Assembly (NCBI RefSeq): GCF_006345805.1
Contig: NW_021834813.1
Location: 1-46,877 of the forward strand
DNA length: 46,877 nt
From: Octopus sinensis
Taxonomy: Eukaryota
Direction: 5' to 3'
Shown: piece after piece, positions 12,290-25,654 of the stretch
Layout: every line of letters begins with the position of its first letter
Position numbering within the stretch: position 1 is the first letter of the stretch
Program-made: the position numbers and the translations under genes
The notes under the pieces: generated by a model
Databases searched by the model: none
What the model was told of the DNA's origin: nothing
What the model saw: only the letters and a program-made list of their open reading frames with translations

Positions 12290-12585
12290 CAAATGTATCA
12301 AATAAGGGTGTTAATGAGGTTGGAACCAAAGGTGAAAGCCTTTCGCCCAGCAGGTGTCCTGTGGTCCAGCAGCACAGGCCCTATCATCATCCAGAGACTG
12401 CTTATACGCAAAGACAAGAGATAGAGAAGTAGGTGGTGTAAGGAGGTAAACCAAACTGTAATTGAATGCTGGATCAGAAGTGAACCCAGTAGAAAGAGAT
12501 TCTGACAATGCATGAAAGCAAAATGGAATAGAGTGCCCAGTAGAACTGTTACAAAAGGTTTGCCTCCTTGGCATGGCCTGAATAA
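12290..12585 (+). pseudogene. Probable 5' fragment of an R4/Dong-clade non-LTR retrotransposon ORF
   Basis: 12425-12530 translates as RSRWCKEVNQTVIECWIRSEPSRKRF*QCMKAKWN. This resembles, from memory, the Myb-like N-terminal motif of R4/Dong ORFs (W..E.N....C...S.P..RG.R.RM...W). In-frame stops are present. Confidence 0.45.
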
Positions 12586-12587
12586 TC

Positions 12588-12817
12588 AGCTGGCAGAAAC
12601 GTAAGCACGTCGGGCGAAATGCTAAGCGGTATTTCGTCTGCCATTACGTTCTGAGTTCAAATTACGCCGAGGTCGACTTCGCCTTTCATCCTTTCGGGGT
12701 CGATAAATTAAGTACCAGTTACGCACTGGGGTCGATATAATCGACTTAATACCTATGTCTGTCCTTGTTTGTCCCCTCTATGTTTAGCCCCTTGTGGGTA
12801 ATAAAGAAATAGGTATT
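12588..12817 (+). mobile_element. Near full-length tRNA-derived SINE
   Basis: agctggcagaaacgtaagcacg...gttctgagttcaaatt (B-box-like)...gtcgataaattaagtaccagtt. Many diverged copies in the window, e.g. 16730, 25375, 26175, 29360, 43370. Confidence 0.8.
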
Positions 12818-12999
12818 AGATAGTTGAAAAGAACAGATAGCACAGTGCCATAGGCTGCAAGCAGCAAGCCTGCTATGCATGCAAGACTCCAAGAGCTCCA
12901 ACAAAACCTGAGATAAAAGAAATAATGATAATAATTTAATGTCCATATTCCATAATAATAATAATAATTGTCCTACTTTATTTCTATATTTTAATTTAT

Positions 13000-13043
13000 T
13001 TCATTTATAATTTAATTTGTTTTCTCTTTTTTATATTTTTCAG
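13000..13043 (+). promoter_or_regulatory. Strong 3' splice site upstream of the GPCR (probable 5'UTR exon starting at 13044)
   Basis: Long pyrimidine tract tttaatttgttttctctttttatattttttcag|ACGAC, 1.35 kb upstream of the ATG and on the same strand. No long ORF follows it. Confidence 0.45.
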
Positions 13044-14391
13044 ACGACAGCAAGTTGTGGTGGCCACTTCAGAATTTGTGATTTTCATAAAACCAATCCA
13101 GGCTCCTGCTGTGTCTGCCACTGACAGCTCTGATATTAATGCTATCAGCTGCACAAAGCTGTAATCAATACAACCAAATCTATGATCTATGTGCTACTTT
13201 TATTTAAATGCCATGCTGCCAAGTATGAGAGACATTCTCAACACTTACAAAGAACCATATGCTACCGATCAAAACCTTCGGAAAATACAACTCTATTCAG
13301 GAACATAATTAGCTCAGCTACAAATGGAGCCAAGCCCTACGTTTAAATATCTTGGAACTTTATAGTCTATATGAAGACCAGTTCTTAGAAGCTACAGTTT
13401 CTTTCTCTCACCTGTTCTTATTGCAATCAATTATCTTTACACCTTATATCTCTCACTCTATTCAACTTTTTTTTCTCTCTCTCTTTAACATTATTATTTT
13501 CATATATTCACTTGTTTTCTTTCCATCCAATTTTTTTTTGATTTCCTTAACACCATCATCTAACCATTATTTATTCTTGTAGTTTTGAATACTAGTGTCT
13601 TTGAATAACAACAAATATAACAATACTACTAATAATAATAGTAATCACACAACAAAAAAATAATAAACAAGTGAAACGAAAAAGAGAGAGAGAAATAGGA
13701 AATTTCCCAAAAAATACAAGAAATATTAAATTATAAAAGGAAATTTTTAACATTGAAAAGGAGAAAAAAAAATTTACAAGTTGTAGAAAAATAAAAGAGG
13801 TAAAAAAAGAAGCATAAATTTTTAAAGAACTAATTGAAATCAAGCGAAAGTGTGTTGCAGTTATTGTAACTACACTCAAATACTTTAAAAACCAATTGCG
13901 AACTGTGGTTATAAACACATATAAACACATATTTATACTACAGTTATATACATATTATAATATATATATATATATTTATATACACACATACATGTTGACA
14001 TTTATTTGGTGATATATTAAAAGAAAATATACAAGGATATCTGCACGCAGCCACCCACAAACACACATACATACACACATGCATATATGCATATTCTTTC
14101 ACTGATTAATTCAGATAATCTGTAAAATGAACAAATTATCAAACTGTATGATATTATTCAAAGCAGATCAAAAGCAAAACAAAAACAGAGAAAAAGGAAA
14201 ACGCAAAAAAAAGTAAAAAGAATAATCACAATCCAGTTTCCTTTGTCAGGGATTGAACCATTGGAAACTGTTGAACATTCTGGTCCCCGACCCTACCCTT
14301 TTTTGTTTAAAGTTCGAGTCTCTTGTCTTTCATTCATAAATTCTTCAGTTGTCTTTAAAAAAAAAAAAACCGTTTTCCAAGCAACAGTGAT

Positions 14392-16230
14392 ATGGCAAAC
14401 ATGAACCAAATCAATCTTGATTTTATTAAAAATGAAAGTGCTTATGATTTAAACTTGACCACTACATTGAGTTCAAGCCCCTCCCAGCAACAGGATTCAT
14501 CTCACACTTATAACTTGGTCACCTTTTATCTTATGGGTGTTGGTGGCATGACAATCTGCTGCCTTGGTATCATCGGGAATATACTCTCTTTCATTGTGTT
14601 GACACGAAAAACGATGAAGTCTTCGACGTATACATATCTATCTGGCCTTGCCATTTGTGATTTGCTGGTGTTGATCACATCCGTACTTATGTTCCATAAA
14701 GATATCAAATACCCTGAACGAGGGGTAATCTATTGGACAGATAACTACTACTCAGAAATGTTTCCTATTGTCCATCCACTGGCGGTTACCTTCCAAATAA
14801 CGTCAGTATGGTTGACATTAGCATTTACTGTAGATCGTTATATTATGATATGCCATCCTTTCAAAGCAGAGCGCATGTGTGATATTTCAAGAGCACGCCG
14901 GGTGGTTCTGGCACTGTACCTTGGAGGAGTTATTTTCAATATTCCACGGTTCTTAGAATATGAGACAAACACTGTAGAACTACCAAATAATATCACAAGG
15001 GTTTTCATCAAATTTACAGAACTTGGCCAGAATGAGGTCTTCAAAACAACTGTGCACTTGTGGCTTTATTTTATTTTTGTTTGTTTAATTCCATTTTTCA
15101 CTATGGCCATTTTAAATGCATTCTTAATCCATGCAGTTCACCAGTCAAGGAAAAGGGGCAAGGCAATCAATGCTAAAGAAAAACGCCGCAATGACACAAC
15201 AGTTATGCTTATAGGAGTTATTATAATATTTTTCATTTGTCAAACCCCTGCTTTGATTTCTCGAATGATGTGGTCACTGCCAACCACAGTGACGTCAACG
15301 CGGTACCGCTTGTTAAATGAAATCGGAAATTTCTTAGTTATATTAAACTCTGCAACTAATATCATTCCATACTATTTTTTTGGACAACGATTCCGGAACG
15401 AGTTCTGGAGAAGCTTTTGTTTCTGTTTTATAGGTAAGGAAAATGTCCGACGCCTTGCAAGGAGTATGAGCCTCTCGTTCGATAGAAGATTTAGCAATGC
15501 TAGCACCATTGTCCGTGCCATAGAACTGAATGGGCTTCCAACGCATGATGGGCAACGGTCACAAAAAGATAGTGGTGCTAGCGCCCAACAGAGAGATGGC
15601 ACCAATGGCACGGCGCTAGTTCTTGACCAGCACAAGACTCGGACAGTTTTGCTTAGCAAGTACAACACAGACAGGTCGAACTTATGGACCAGTCTGAAAC
15701 AGAAGCTTTTACCCAAGAACAAGCAACAACATGCCACAGATATAGGTATAGGGATCATGGATGGTGATATGGAGTACAGTGGGGGCAGCGGTGGAGGGAG
15801 TATCATAAGTGCTGGAAGCATTGGTATGTATGTTGATGATGATGATGTCGACGGAGGTGACGGTGGAGTTGGCTGCAGCAGTGACAATTGTAGGGAAGGT
15901 GGTGGTGGTGGTGGTGATGGTGGTGGTGGCGGTGACAGTGGTGGCGGTGGTGACAGTAGTAACACACAGGGCTCTCATCAGCAACATCAACAACAGCATC
16001 CCCACCAACAACATCACCAGCATCATCACCACCACCACCAACAACAGCAGCAGCAGCAGCAGCAACAACAACAACATCACCCCCATCCCCATCACCATCA
16101 CCGCCATCAACACCAGCACCACCAACATCAAGAGCGTCACCATTCGGGTAAAAAATTACGTTACAATTTCAAACCTAGACAACTTACTTCTCTATGTTTA
16201 AGATACCAAAAGACAGACGGTACCATATGA
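14392..16230 (+). CDS. Class A (rhodopsin-like) neuropeptide GPCR, FMRFamide-receptor-like; uninterrupted 612-aa ORF
   Basis: Seven hydrophobic segments. Family motifs: GN in TM1 (GIIGNILS), LAxxD in TM2 (LAICDLL), DRY in TM3 (FTVDRYIMICHPF), NIPRFLEY after TM4, CLIPF in TM5, FFICQTP in TM6, NSATN..Y in TM7, and helix 8 GQRFR followed by FCFCF. N-glycosylation sequons NES and NLT in the N-terminus. No TM3/ECL2 cysteine pair. Orthology is not established, so no gene symbol is given. Confidence 0.93.
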   Translation: MANMNQINLDFIKNESAYDLNLTTTLSSSPSQQQDSSHTYNLVTFYLMGVGGMTICCLGIIGNILSFIVLTRKTMKSSTYTYLSGLAICDLLVLITSVLMFHKDIKYPERGVIYWTDNYYSEMFPIVHPLAVTFQITSVWLTLAFTVDRYIMICHPFKAERMCDISRARRVVLALYLGGVIFNIPRFLEYETNTVELPNNITRVFIKFTELGQNEVFKTTVHLWLYFIFVCLIPFFTMAILNAFLIHAVHQSRKRGKAINAKEKRRNDTTVMLIGVIIIFFICQTPALISRMMWSLPTTVTSTRYRLLNEIGNFLVILNSATNIIPYYFFGQRFRNEFWRSFCFCFIGKENVRRLARSMSLSFDRRFSNASTIVRAIELNGLPTHDGQRSQKDSGASAQQRDGTNGTALVLDQHKTRTVLLSKYNTDRSNLWTSLKQKLLPKNKQQHATDIGIGIMDGDMEYSGGSGGGSIISAGSIGMYVDDDDVDGGDGGVGCSSDNCREGGGGGGDGGGGGDSGGGGDSSNTQGSHQQHQQQHPHQQHHQHHHHHHQQQQQQQQQQQQHHPHPHHHHRHQHQHHQHQERHHSGKKLRYNFKPRQLTSLCLRYQKTDGTI

Positions 16231-16999
16231 GAATTATGATGATGGTGATCATGATGACAAAAATGATGATGATGATGATGATGATGGACAATCACGATGA
16301 TGATTACAAAACAAAAAAAAATAATCTCAAAACAAGAGGTATCGCGAAATTAAAGAACGAAAGGGAGAGAGAGAAAGGAGGGGGAGGAAGAGAGAGAGAG
16401 AGAGAGAGAGAAATAGAGAAACTGCGAGAGAGAATGTGGTAAAGATGTCTTTCACTCACATCACATAAAAACTTTATTACAAATTTCATGAATGGGGTTT
16501 TTTTCTGTTTTTTTTTTCCGTTATTTTTTTAAGCTATTTATTGTACAATAATAATAATAATAAAAAAAAAGACTTGTCTAAGAAGTTAAATGCATGCAAA
16601 ATTATGCATGTTCAAGAATGATAATATATGTATATGGCTGTTTTTATTTTTATTTTTTTACATGTCTCCTTTATTTATTTATATCTCTAAAAATTGTTTC
16701 TTCTTCTTCTTCTTCTTCTTCTTCTTCTTCTTGGCAGAATTGTTAGAGTGTCGAACAAAATGCTGCGTGGCATTTAGTTATAGCTCTTTCGTGTTCTGTG
16801 TTCAAATCCTGTAGAGGCCCACTTTACCTTTCGTCCTTGTGAGTTGGCGATAAAATAAAGTACCAGTCGAGTACTGGGGTTCGATTTAATCGACTAACCC
16901 CCATCACCCTCAAATTTGTGGCCTTGGGCCTACGTTAAAAATATCATGAATGTTTATTATCATTATTATTGTTGTTGTTATTATTATCATTATTATTAA

Positions 17000-17034
<35 letters not shown>

Positions 17035-17053
17035 TATTATTATTATTATTATT

Positions 17054-17217
17054 GCAAGAATTCACAATTGTTATGGTTACTATGATGATGATTGTTTATC
17101 ATTTATTTATTTTGTTTTTATTTGTTGTTGTTCTTTGTTGATATATAATTTTAAACACAAATATGTGAATATATGTGTGTATGAATATGAGCTTGTATTT
17201 GTGTGTGGGTGCATGCG

Positions 17218-17249
<32 letters not shown>

Positions 17250-17492
17250 ATACACATACATACACAAATACATCCATACATATATATGTATATATATATA
17301 TATACATGAAGCATTATACAAAATTATGTTTGTGTGTATGTTTGTATATATGTGCTTATGTTTATATATGTGCTTAAACATATACAAATCTGTTTGTGTG
17401 TGTGTGTGTATACATATGTATGTGTATATATATATATTATATATATAATTATATATTATATATATATATGTATGTATATATATATATATAAT

Positions 17493-17524
<32 letters not shown>

Positions 17525-17544
17525 ATATATATATTATAATTATA

Positions 17545-17587
<43 letters not shown>

Positions 17588-18055
17588 TATATATTTGTGT
17601 ATATGTATGTATGTATATATATATGTATGTATATATGCTCACATCAATGGACAATTATACAGATATATTCTTTATAAATGTATATCTATTATAAGAATAT
17701 GTTATATTCAATACAGGAGATTTTATGCAAATAATTTTATACTTTTTACATTGACCACATGCATACACCCACAAGTGCATATATGTATATATATGTGTGC
17801 GTGCATGTATGTGCGCATGTGTGTGTATGTGTGCATGTATGTATATGCGTGCTTGTGTGTGTACATACACTCATAAAGAAAACACACTATAAGTAACACT
17901 CATTAAGATTAATCAGATATTTAATTTTAAAGATGAGAGTTTTGTCTAAAACCTGAAAATACATGTGTATATTTATATTTAAATAAAAATTGCAAATTAC
18001 TATATTTAATGTCAAGCTAAAACAGGTGCCTCTTCAGTCAGGACCATATATACGT

Positions 18056-18097
<42 letters not shown>

Positions 18098-18374
18098 TTA
18101 TATATATATATATATATACATACATATATGTACAGTCATTAATTAAAAAAAAATAGAAATAATTACGCAGCATACCACATTAAGGCTACAGATAAAATGA
18201 AAAATTCTTATTTTTCCCATATTCATAGAGAAGCAAAAACAAATAAGAAAAGTACAGTAGTTATGCAATATTCTTATTATTGTTATTTTTCTTGTTGTTC
18301 TTGTTATTATAATTATTATTATTATTATTATTATTGTTATTATTATTATTATTATCATTATTATTATATTATTA

Positions 18375-18417
<43 letters not shown>

Positions 18418-18580
18418 GCAAGAATTCACAATTGTTATGGTTACTATGATGATGATTGTTTATCATTTATTTATTTTGTTTTTATTTGTTGTTGTTCTTT
18501 GTTGATATATAATTTTAAACACAAATATGTGAATATATGTGTGTATGAATATGAGCTTGTATTTGTGTGTGGGTGCATGC

Positions 18581-18623
<43 letters not shown>

Positions 18624-18886
18624 CATACACAAATACATCCATACATATATATGTATATATATATTATACATGAAGCATTATACAAAATTATGTTGTGTGT
18701 ATGTTTGTATATATGTGCTTATGTTTATATATGTGCTTAAACATATACAAATCTGTTTGTGTGTGTGTGTGTATACATATGTATGTGTATATATATATAT
18801 ATATTATATAATTATATATATATATATATATGTATGTATATATATATATATAATTATATATATATAATATATATGTATATATATAT

Positions 18887-18926
<40 letters not shown>

Positions 18927-19446
18927 TATAATATATATATTATAATTATATATATTTGTGTATATGTATGTATGTATATATATATGTATGTATATATGCT
19001 CACATCAATGGACAATTATACAGATATATTCTTTATAAATGTATATCTATTATAAGAATATGTTATATTCAATACAGGAGATTTTATGCAAATAATTTTA
19101 TACTTTTTACATTGACCACATGCATACACCCACAAGTGCATATATGTATATATATGTGTGCGTGCATGTATGTGCGCATGTGTGTGTATGTGTGCATGTA
19201 TGTATATGCGTGCTTGTGTGTGTACATACACTCATAAAGAAAACACACTATAAGTAACACTCATTAAGATTAATCAGATATTTAATTTTAAAGATGAGAG
19301 TTTTGTCTAAAACCTGAAAATACATGTGTATATTTATATTTAAATAAAAATTGCAAATTACTATATTTAATGTCAAGCTAAAACAGGTGCCTCTTCAGTC
19401 AGGACCATATATACGTACACACACATATATATATATATATATAATA

Positions 19447-19486
<40 letters not shown>

Positions 19487-19740
19487 CATATATGTACAGT
19501 CATTAATTAAAAAAAAAATAGAAATAATTACGCAGCATACCACATTAAGGCTACAGATAAAATGAAAAATTTCTTATTTTTTCCCATATTCATAGAGAAG
19601 CAAAAACAAATAAGAAAAGTACAGTAGTTATGCAATATTCTTATTATTGTTATTTTTCTTGTTGTTCTTGTTATTATAATTATTATTATTATTATTATTA
19701 TTGTTATTATTATTATTATTATCATTATTATTATTATTAT
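17054..19740. repeat. Near-identical 1.36-kb tandem duplication
   Basis: gcaagaattcacaattg starts at 17054 and again at 18418 (offset 1364). Identical ORFs appear in the track at 17595 and 18956. Confidence 0.9.
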
Positions 19741-19770
19741 TATTAATATTATTATCATTACTATTATTAT

Positions 19771-19990
19771 AATTTGGTGGCAAGCTGGTAGAATCGTTAG
19801 TTCTGAGGCGAAATTCATAATAGCATTTTTTCTCCGTTTATGTTCTGAGTTCAAATTCTGCCGTATTATCGTCATCATTATTATTATTATTATTATTATA
19901 ATTTGGTGGCAAGCTGGTAGAATCGTTAGTTCTGAGGCGAAATTCATAATAGCATTTTTTCTCCGTTTATGTTCTGAGTTCAAATTCCAC
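19771..19990 (+). repeat. 129-bp tandem duplication of a SINE 5' fragment
   Basis: aatttggtggcaagctggtagaatcgttag at 19771 and 19900, separated by an (ATT)n tract. Confidence 0.85.
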
Positions 19991-20251
19991 TGAGATAGAC
20001 CTTCCCTTTAAGGCAAGCGAGCTGGCAAGAATCATTAGCATACTGGGCAAATTGCTTTGCTGTATTTCATCCATTTTTACATACTGAGTTCAAATTCCAC
20101 CAATGTCATTTTTGCATTTCATTCTTCTGGGATCAATAAAAAAAGTATCATTCGAACACAGGAGACAAAGTAGTTGACTTATCTTCTTCCCCAAAATTAC
20201 TGGCCTTGTGCCAAAATTTGAAATCACAATTGTTATTATTATTACCATTGC

Positions 20252-20288
<37 letters not shown>

Positions 20289-20749
20289 GAGTGAGAGAGC
20301 AGTGCATGCCATCAAAGTGACACTGGGGTAAAATATACAAAGTCCGGTATACCCATCATGACTACCTGTCTGATAAGGGTACACCAGGCACATGCATCAC
20401 AGCCACATGTGTGCAACATGGTGATCTCATATCAAGATAAACAGCACATGACCTTGCAGGTGGGGCCCAGTTAGAATTTTCTTCAGGTTGAGTAGCCCAT
20501 CCCGTTCAAAAGGTCCCTGAATAAGGATTGTTTAAGGATGTTGAATGAACCACCCACGTTTCCAGAGCTGAATTATCCAAACCTCTAAGAATTCTTTTCA
20601 ACACATGGCTATGATGCTTCCCCACTACTTTTGCTCATGGTCAGAGATGCACATATCGTCAACCACTAAGTGACATGCTCAACTGGTTAAGGTCAAACAA
20701 CTGACAAGCAAATCTGTGGTATTGAGCAGAATATTTGCTGTAGCCCATC
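20289..20749 (-). mobile_element. 5'-truncated non-LTR retroelement 3' end with (AAT)n tail, inside an (ATT)n tract
   Basis: Clearly homologous over ~430 bp to 25655-26090. Minus strand ends ...ctgctctctcactc-(aat)n. Trinucleotide repeats flank both sides. Confidence 0.75.
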
Positions 20750-20762
20750 ATCATCATTATTA

Positions 20763-20810
<48 letters not shown>

Positions 20811-21110
20811 TATTATTATTATATTATTATTATTATTATTGTTATGTTGTTGTTATTGTTAGTACTATGATAAATTAGCAGAATCATTAGTGCACTTTCG
20901 TGGTATTTGCTGTGGTTCTGTACATCCGAAATTTAGACCTTACTAAGATCATCTATGCTTTTCAAATTCCTCTCTGGCTTAAATAGACCAAAGCCAGCAT
21001 AGCAGTCATATACTAGTCTAAATTCACCCAGCTACCTTCTACCCCAAATTTCAAGTATTTTAACTATGTTCAAAATAATTGTTATTATATAAACACACAC
21101 ATGCTTATGT

Positions 21111-21322
21111 ATGCACATACATATATAGTATACATGTGCAAATATATACATGTAGGTACACACATGCACATACATATATAGTATACATGTGCAAATATAT
21201 ACATGTAGGTACACACATGCACATACATATATAGTATACATGTGCAAATATATACATGTAGGTACACACATGCACATACATATATAGTATACATGTGCAA
21301 ATATATACATGTAGGTACACAC
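21111..21322. repeat. Perfect 53-bp minisatellite, 4 copies
   Basis: Unit atgcacatacatatatagtatacatgtgcaaatatatacatgtaggtacacac at 21111, 21164, 21217 and 21270. Confidence 0.9.
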
Positions 21323-21797
21323 ATGTGCATACATATCATGCAAATAAACAGACAGACTCCATACATATACTCAGGTATATATGTACAAAAGTATATACCA
21401 TGTGCATGTGTGTATATATGATATATGCATATATATTTTTTTATTTTTTCATAAATTTATATGCATGTATACAGGCATATAAATTATGTACTAGTGTCAA
21501 ATACTGAGAACGAGTGCTCAAAACTGCATTGGTAGATAAATATTCTTTAATTGTGGAGTAACAAAGCAACTAATGGTTTCATGCAGATATCAAAAAAAAA
21601 AAAGGCTCCATGATCATTCAAGTGAGCCTCTTGAAAACTTTGGTACTTGTTTCCATTTTGGTAATCTCATCAAAAAATGGATATAGGTACCAATATTCCC
21701 AGTCAGTCACTTGAATATTTGTGAAAATCTTATCCACATGAAGCTTTCGATTTCCTTGTTAATCCACAACAACTCTGTGTGTATGTATATATATATT

Positions 21798-21828
<31 letters not shown>

Positions 21829-22059
21829 ATACAAGTATATATATTTATATGTATATACATGTATATATACACACCCATGCTAGCATGGCAGGTGGATGTT
21901 AAACGATGATGATGAAAATACATATGTGTGTGTATATATATATATATGTATGAATGTATGTATGTATATAAAATTAATACATGTATATTCAAATATTTAT
22001 ATGCATATACGAGCACACACATAAATACACATACCCATGTGTGTGGTGTGTGTGTATAG

Positions 22060-22100
<41 letters not shown>

Positions 22101-22285
22101 CACACACACATATACACTCAGATATGTGTACGTATAAACTAGAATTTTCTGATCAAGAATTATAAAACTGTCTATTAATGATCCACAAGAAAATGCTGAG
22201 ATAAGTATTGTGTACTATGCATTTATTTATATACACACACAGACATGAATATATATATACATTCATATACACACTCACACACACA

Positions 22286-22326
<41 letters not shown>

Positions 22327-22639
22327 ATATATATATATGTGTGTATGTATATTTATATATGTACATAAGTATCAGAGTGTATGAAAATATGAACACATCA
22401 GCATGTATATTGAAAGGGTGTTATGTGGGTGTTACATTTAGAAGTGTGCAGGTATGTGTTTGAATACTTTACATGCAAACAGAGAATTAAAGGAAAGAGG
22501 GAAAAACAGAAATTGTGATCCAAGTGTTATTCAAACTTGCAATTTTACTTAACACGACTAAATTCAAACACGCATTAACACACGTAAATACACACACATA
22601 AGCACACATATAAGCATAAATGTATGTGCGTATGCGTAT

Positions 22640-22693
22640 GTATGCATTATTTATACAGACACACACATATATACATACATACATATATATATA

Positions 22694-22740
<47 letters not shown>

Positions 22741-22758
22741 ATATATATATGTATATAA

Positions 22759-22790
<32 letters not shown>

Positions 22791-22798
22791 GTATATAA

Positions 22799-22844
<46 letters not shown>

Positions 22845-22914
22845 ATATATATACATATGTATGTATATATATATATATGTATGTGTATATATATATATAT
22901 ACATATGTATGTAT

Positions 22915-22991
<77 letters not shown>

Positions 22992-23046
22992 ATATATATA
23001 TGTATATAAATATAATATATATATTATGTATATATATATATGTGTA

Positions 23047-23077
<31 letters not shown>

Positions 23078-23290
23078 ATATATATGTATATATGTATATA
23101 TATATACATATGTATGTATATATATATATGTATGTGTATATATATATATATACATATGTATGTATATATATTATATATATATTATATATATAATATATAT
23201 ATTGTGTGTGTGTGTGTGTTTGCACACATATACATATATATATACAAGTGGATGTATAGATAATAAATATTTATGTATATACATATATGC
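22640..23290. repeat. Very long imperfect (TA)n/(TATG)n microsatellite
   Basis: Seen directly. Comparable tracts at about 4570-4830, 10990-11260, 24235-24815, 33375-33950, 37145-37420, 42580-42970 and 44900-45200. Confidence 0.95.
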
Positions 23291-23419
23291 ATTTATATAT
23301 TAACTAATGTATATGTAAAGGAAACACACACAGACACACACACACAGATACCTGCAATCACACATACATATCTATATCCACTCTACTCCTGCAGTTTCCT
23401 CATGCTTTTGTTTCTTCAT

Positions 23420-23545
23420 CTATCTATCCAATTCGTCCAACACAAAAGAAATCCCCTTAGAATTCAGCAAGTTCAGTGGAGTTCTTGCTTCACTAATGAT
23501 ATCATAGTAACACTGAAACATGAACAGAGTTATCTCCCATACTTG
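23420..23545 (-). CDS. Candidate terminal coding exon of an unidentified minus-strand gene
   Basis: Acceptor actaat(branch-like)agtgtttcaatttttttcag|CAA, followed by an open frame QVWEITLFMFQCYYDIISEARTPLNLLNSKGISFVLDELDR*. No homolog recognised. Confidence 0.3.
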   Translation of the reverse strand, partial: QVWEITLFMFQCYYDIISEARTPLNLLNSKGISFVLDELDR

Positions 23546-24261
23546 CTGAAAAAAATTGAAACACTATTAGTTGGTAACTAATAATGTTTCACTCTTTGCT
23601 ACACAATTATTAACTTGTTAGATTTTTTTTTTTTAAATGCTGCATACATCAAATATGTAAACACTAACTTAACAATTGTTTCGTTTTCTAGATGGTGTCT
23701 CTTGGTTATTTAATCTCTAAACAGTTCTATTTTTCTACGCTATCCAATGTACATATTTGTATATTTAATGAATGATTGTTTCTCCCACACTACTTCAGCA
23801 AGTACAGTGAAGGCTATTCTTTGTTGATGAGGTGAAATAAGACCAAAACATGTCCAGAATTGTGTCCCTTGCTTGCTAAATACAGTACATATGTTAACAC
23901 TAACAGAACTATTGTAAATTAAACCTCCTGCTTGACTGTTTGAAGATCTAAGATTTTGAATAGTATGGTATCAGTTATTGCAATTGTTTAACCATTTTAT
24001 GGCTGTATTTCTTACAGGAATCTTTTGCTCATGTGTTTCAGTTAAATTTGCAAAAATAATCAAGAATTTTGGAAGGGTTTAGTAAAACAACTAACAAATT
24101 TTTAATATATATTTATTTATTGGTAATTAAAAAGTGTTTGGTACACTATTTAACAAAAGCTGTAATATAAGAGCTATGACGGAAGTTTTGTGAGGAGAAG
24201 ATAAAACTTCTATTATATTTATAGCATTAAGTGTATATACATATATATATATATGTGTATA

Positions 24262-24314
<53 letters not shown>

Positions 24315-24618
24315 GTATATACATATATATACACATATATATCATATACATATATATGTTTATTACATATATATATATATTATATACATATGCACCCCAG
24401 CACTGTATACAAATGGCTTATTGTTATTATATATATATGTTCATGTGTGTGTATCTATATATATATATATACATACATATACACATACATATATAAATAT
24501 GTATATATATATGCATATATATATACATACATATATATATATATACATACACACATCGATATACATATACACATACATATATACATATGTATATATATAT
24601 ATGCATACATACACACAC

Positions 24619-24650
<32 letters not shown>

Positions 24651-24755
24651 CATACATGTGTGCTATATGCATATACATATTTATATATATGTGTGTGTAT
24701 ATATTTGTATATATATGTGTGTATATATATTTGTATGTATGTGTTTGTGTGTATA

Positions 24756-24791
<36 letters not shown>

Positions 24792-25285
24792 TGTGTGTAT
24801 GTATGTATATATACATAAAATCAAATTATTGTTGAAACACAATTAAGCTAAAAGTGGAAGATGAAGGAAAAAGAATGATCCAAGTTTTGACTAAACATTT
24901 TGTTATATACTTACAGTAGACATACTCATATATTGGTATCTAAAATTAGTGTTTGGTATATGATTTAACAAAAAACTGTTTTACAATGGATGTTTATGAC
25001 TAAAAAAATACATTTTTATTATTACAACATTACTGTAGTAAGCAACGTAGTTTAATTAAAATTTCAGTATACTTATTAATTTAAATATCAACTCTTAAAC
25101 AATACCGTTGGCTTAGTGAAAATTCTCTGTAAACTATTTTAACTTATTATTATTATTATTATTATTATTTTTATATTTATTATTTGTGATATCAAACTGG
25201 TGTTTGGTAAGCTAATTATCAAAATACAAATGTTTACTAAAAAAAAAATCTTGAGTTATTTATTGATGTCATAACATTTTAATCC

Positions 25286-25331
<46 letters not shown>

Positions 25332-25572
25332 TATTATTATTATTATTAGTATTATCATTATCATCATAAAAGCAGTGAGCTGGCAGAAATGTTACTACAC
25401 CAGACAAAGTGCTTAACAGCATTTTCTTCTGGTTTTACGCTCTGATTTTAAATGATACCGAGGTAGACTTTGCCTTTCATCCTTTTGGGGTTGGTAAAAT
25501 ATGTACTGGGGGTCAATGTAAATGGCTCACCCTACACCTTAAAGTTGCAGGCCCTGTGCAAAAATTTGAAAC

Positions 25573-25620
<48 letters not shown>

Positions 25621-25654
25621 CATTATTATCATTATTATTATTATTATTATTATT

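Noticed and set aside
15343-16201. Antisense and alternative-frame ORFs over the GPCR tail (197, 144 and 130 aa)
   Set aside because: By-products of stop-free trinucleotide repeats in the sense ORF, with no independent signal.
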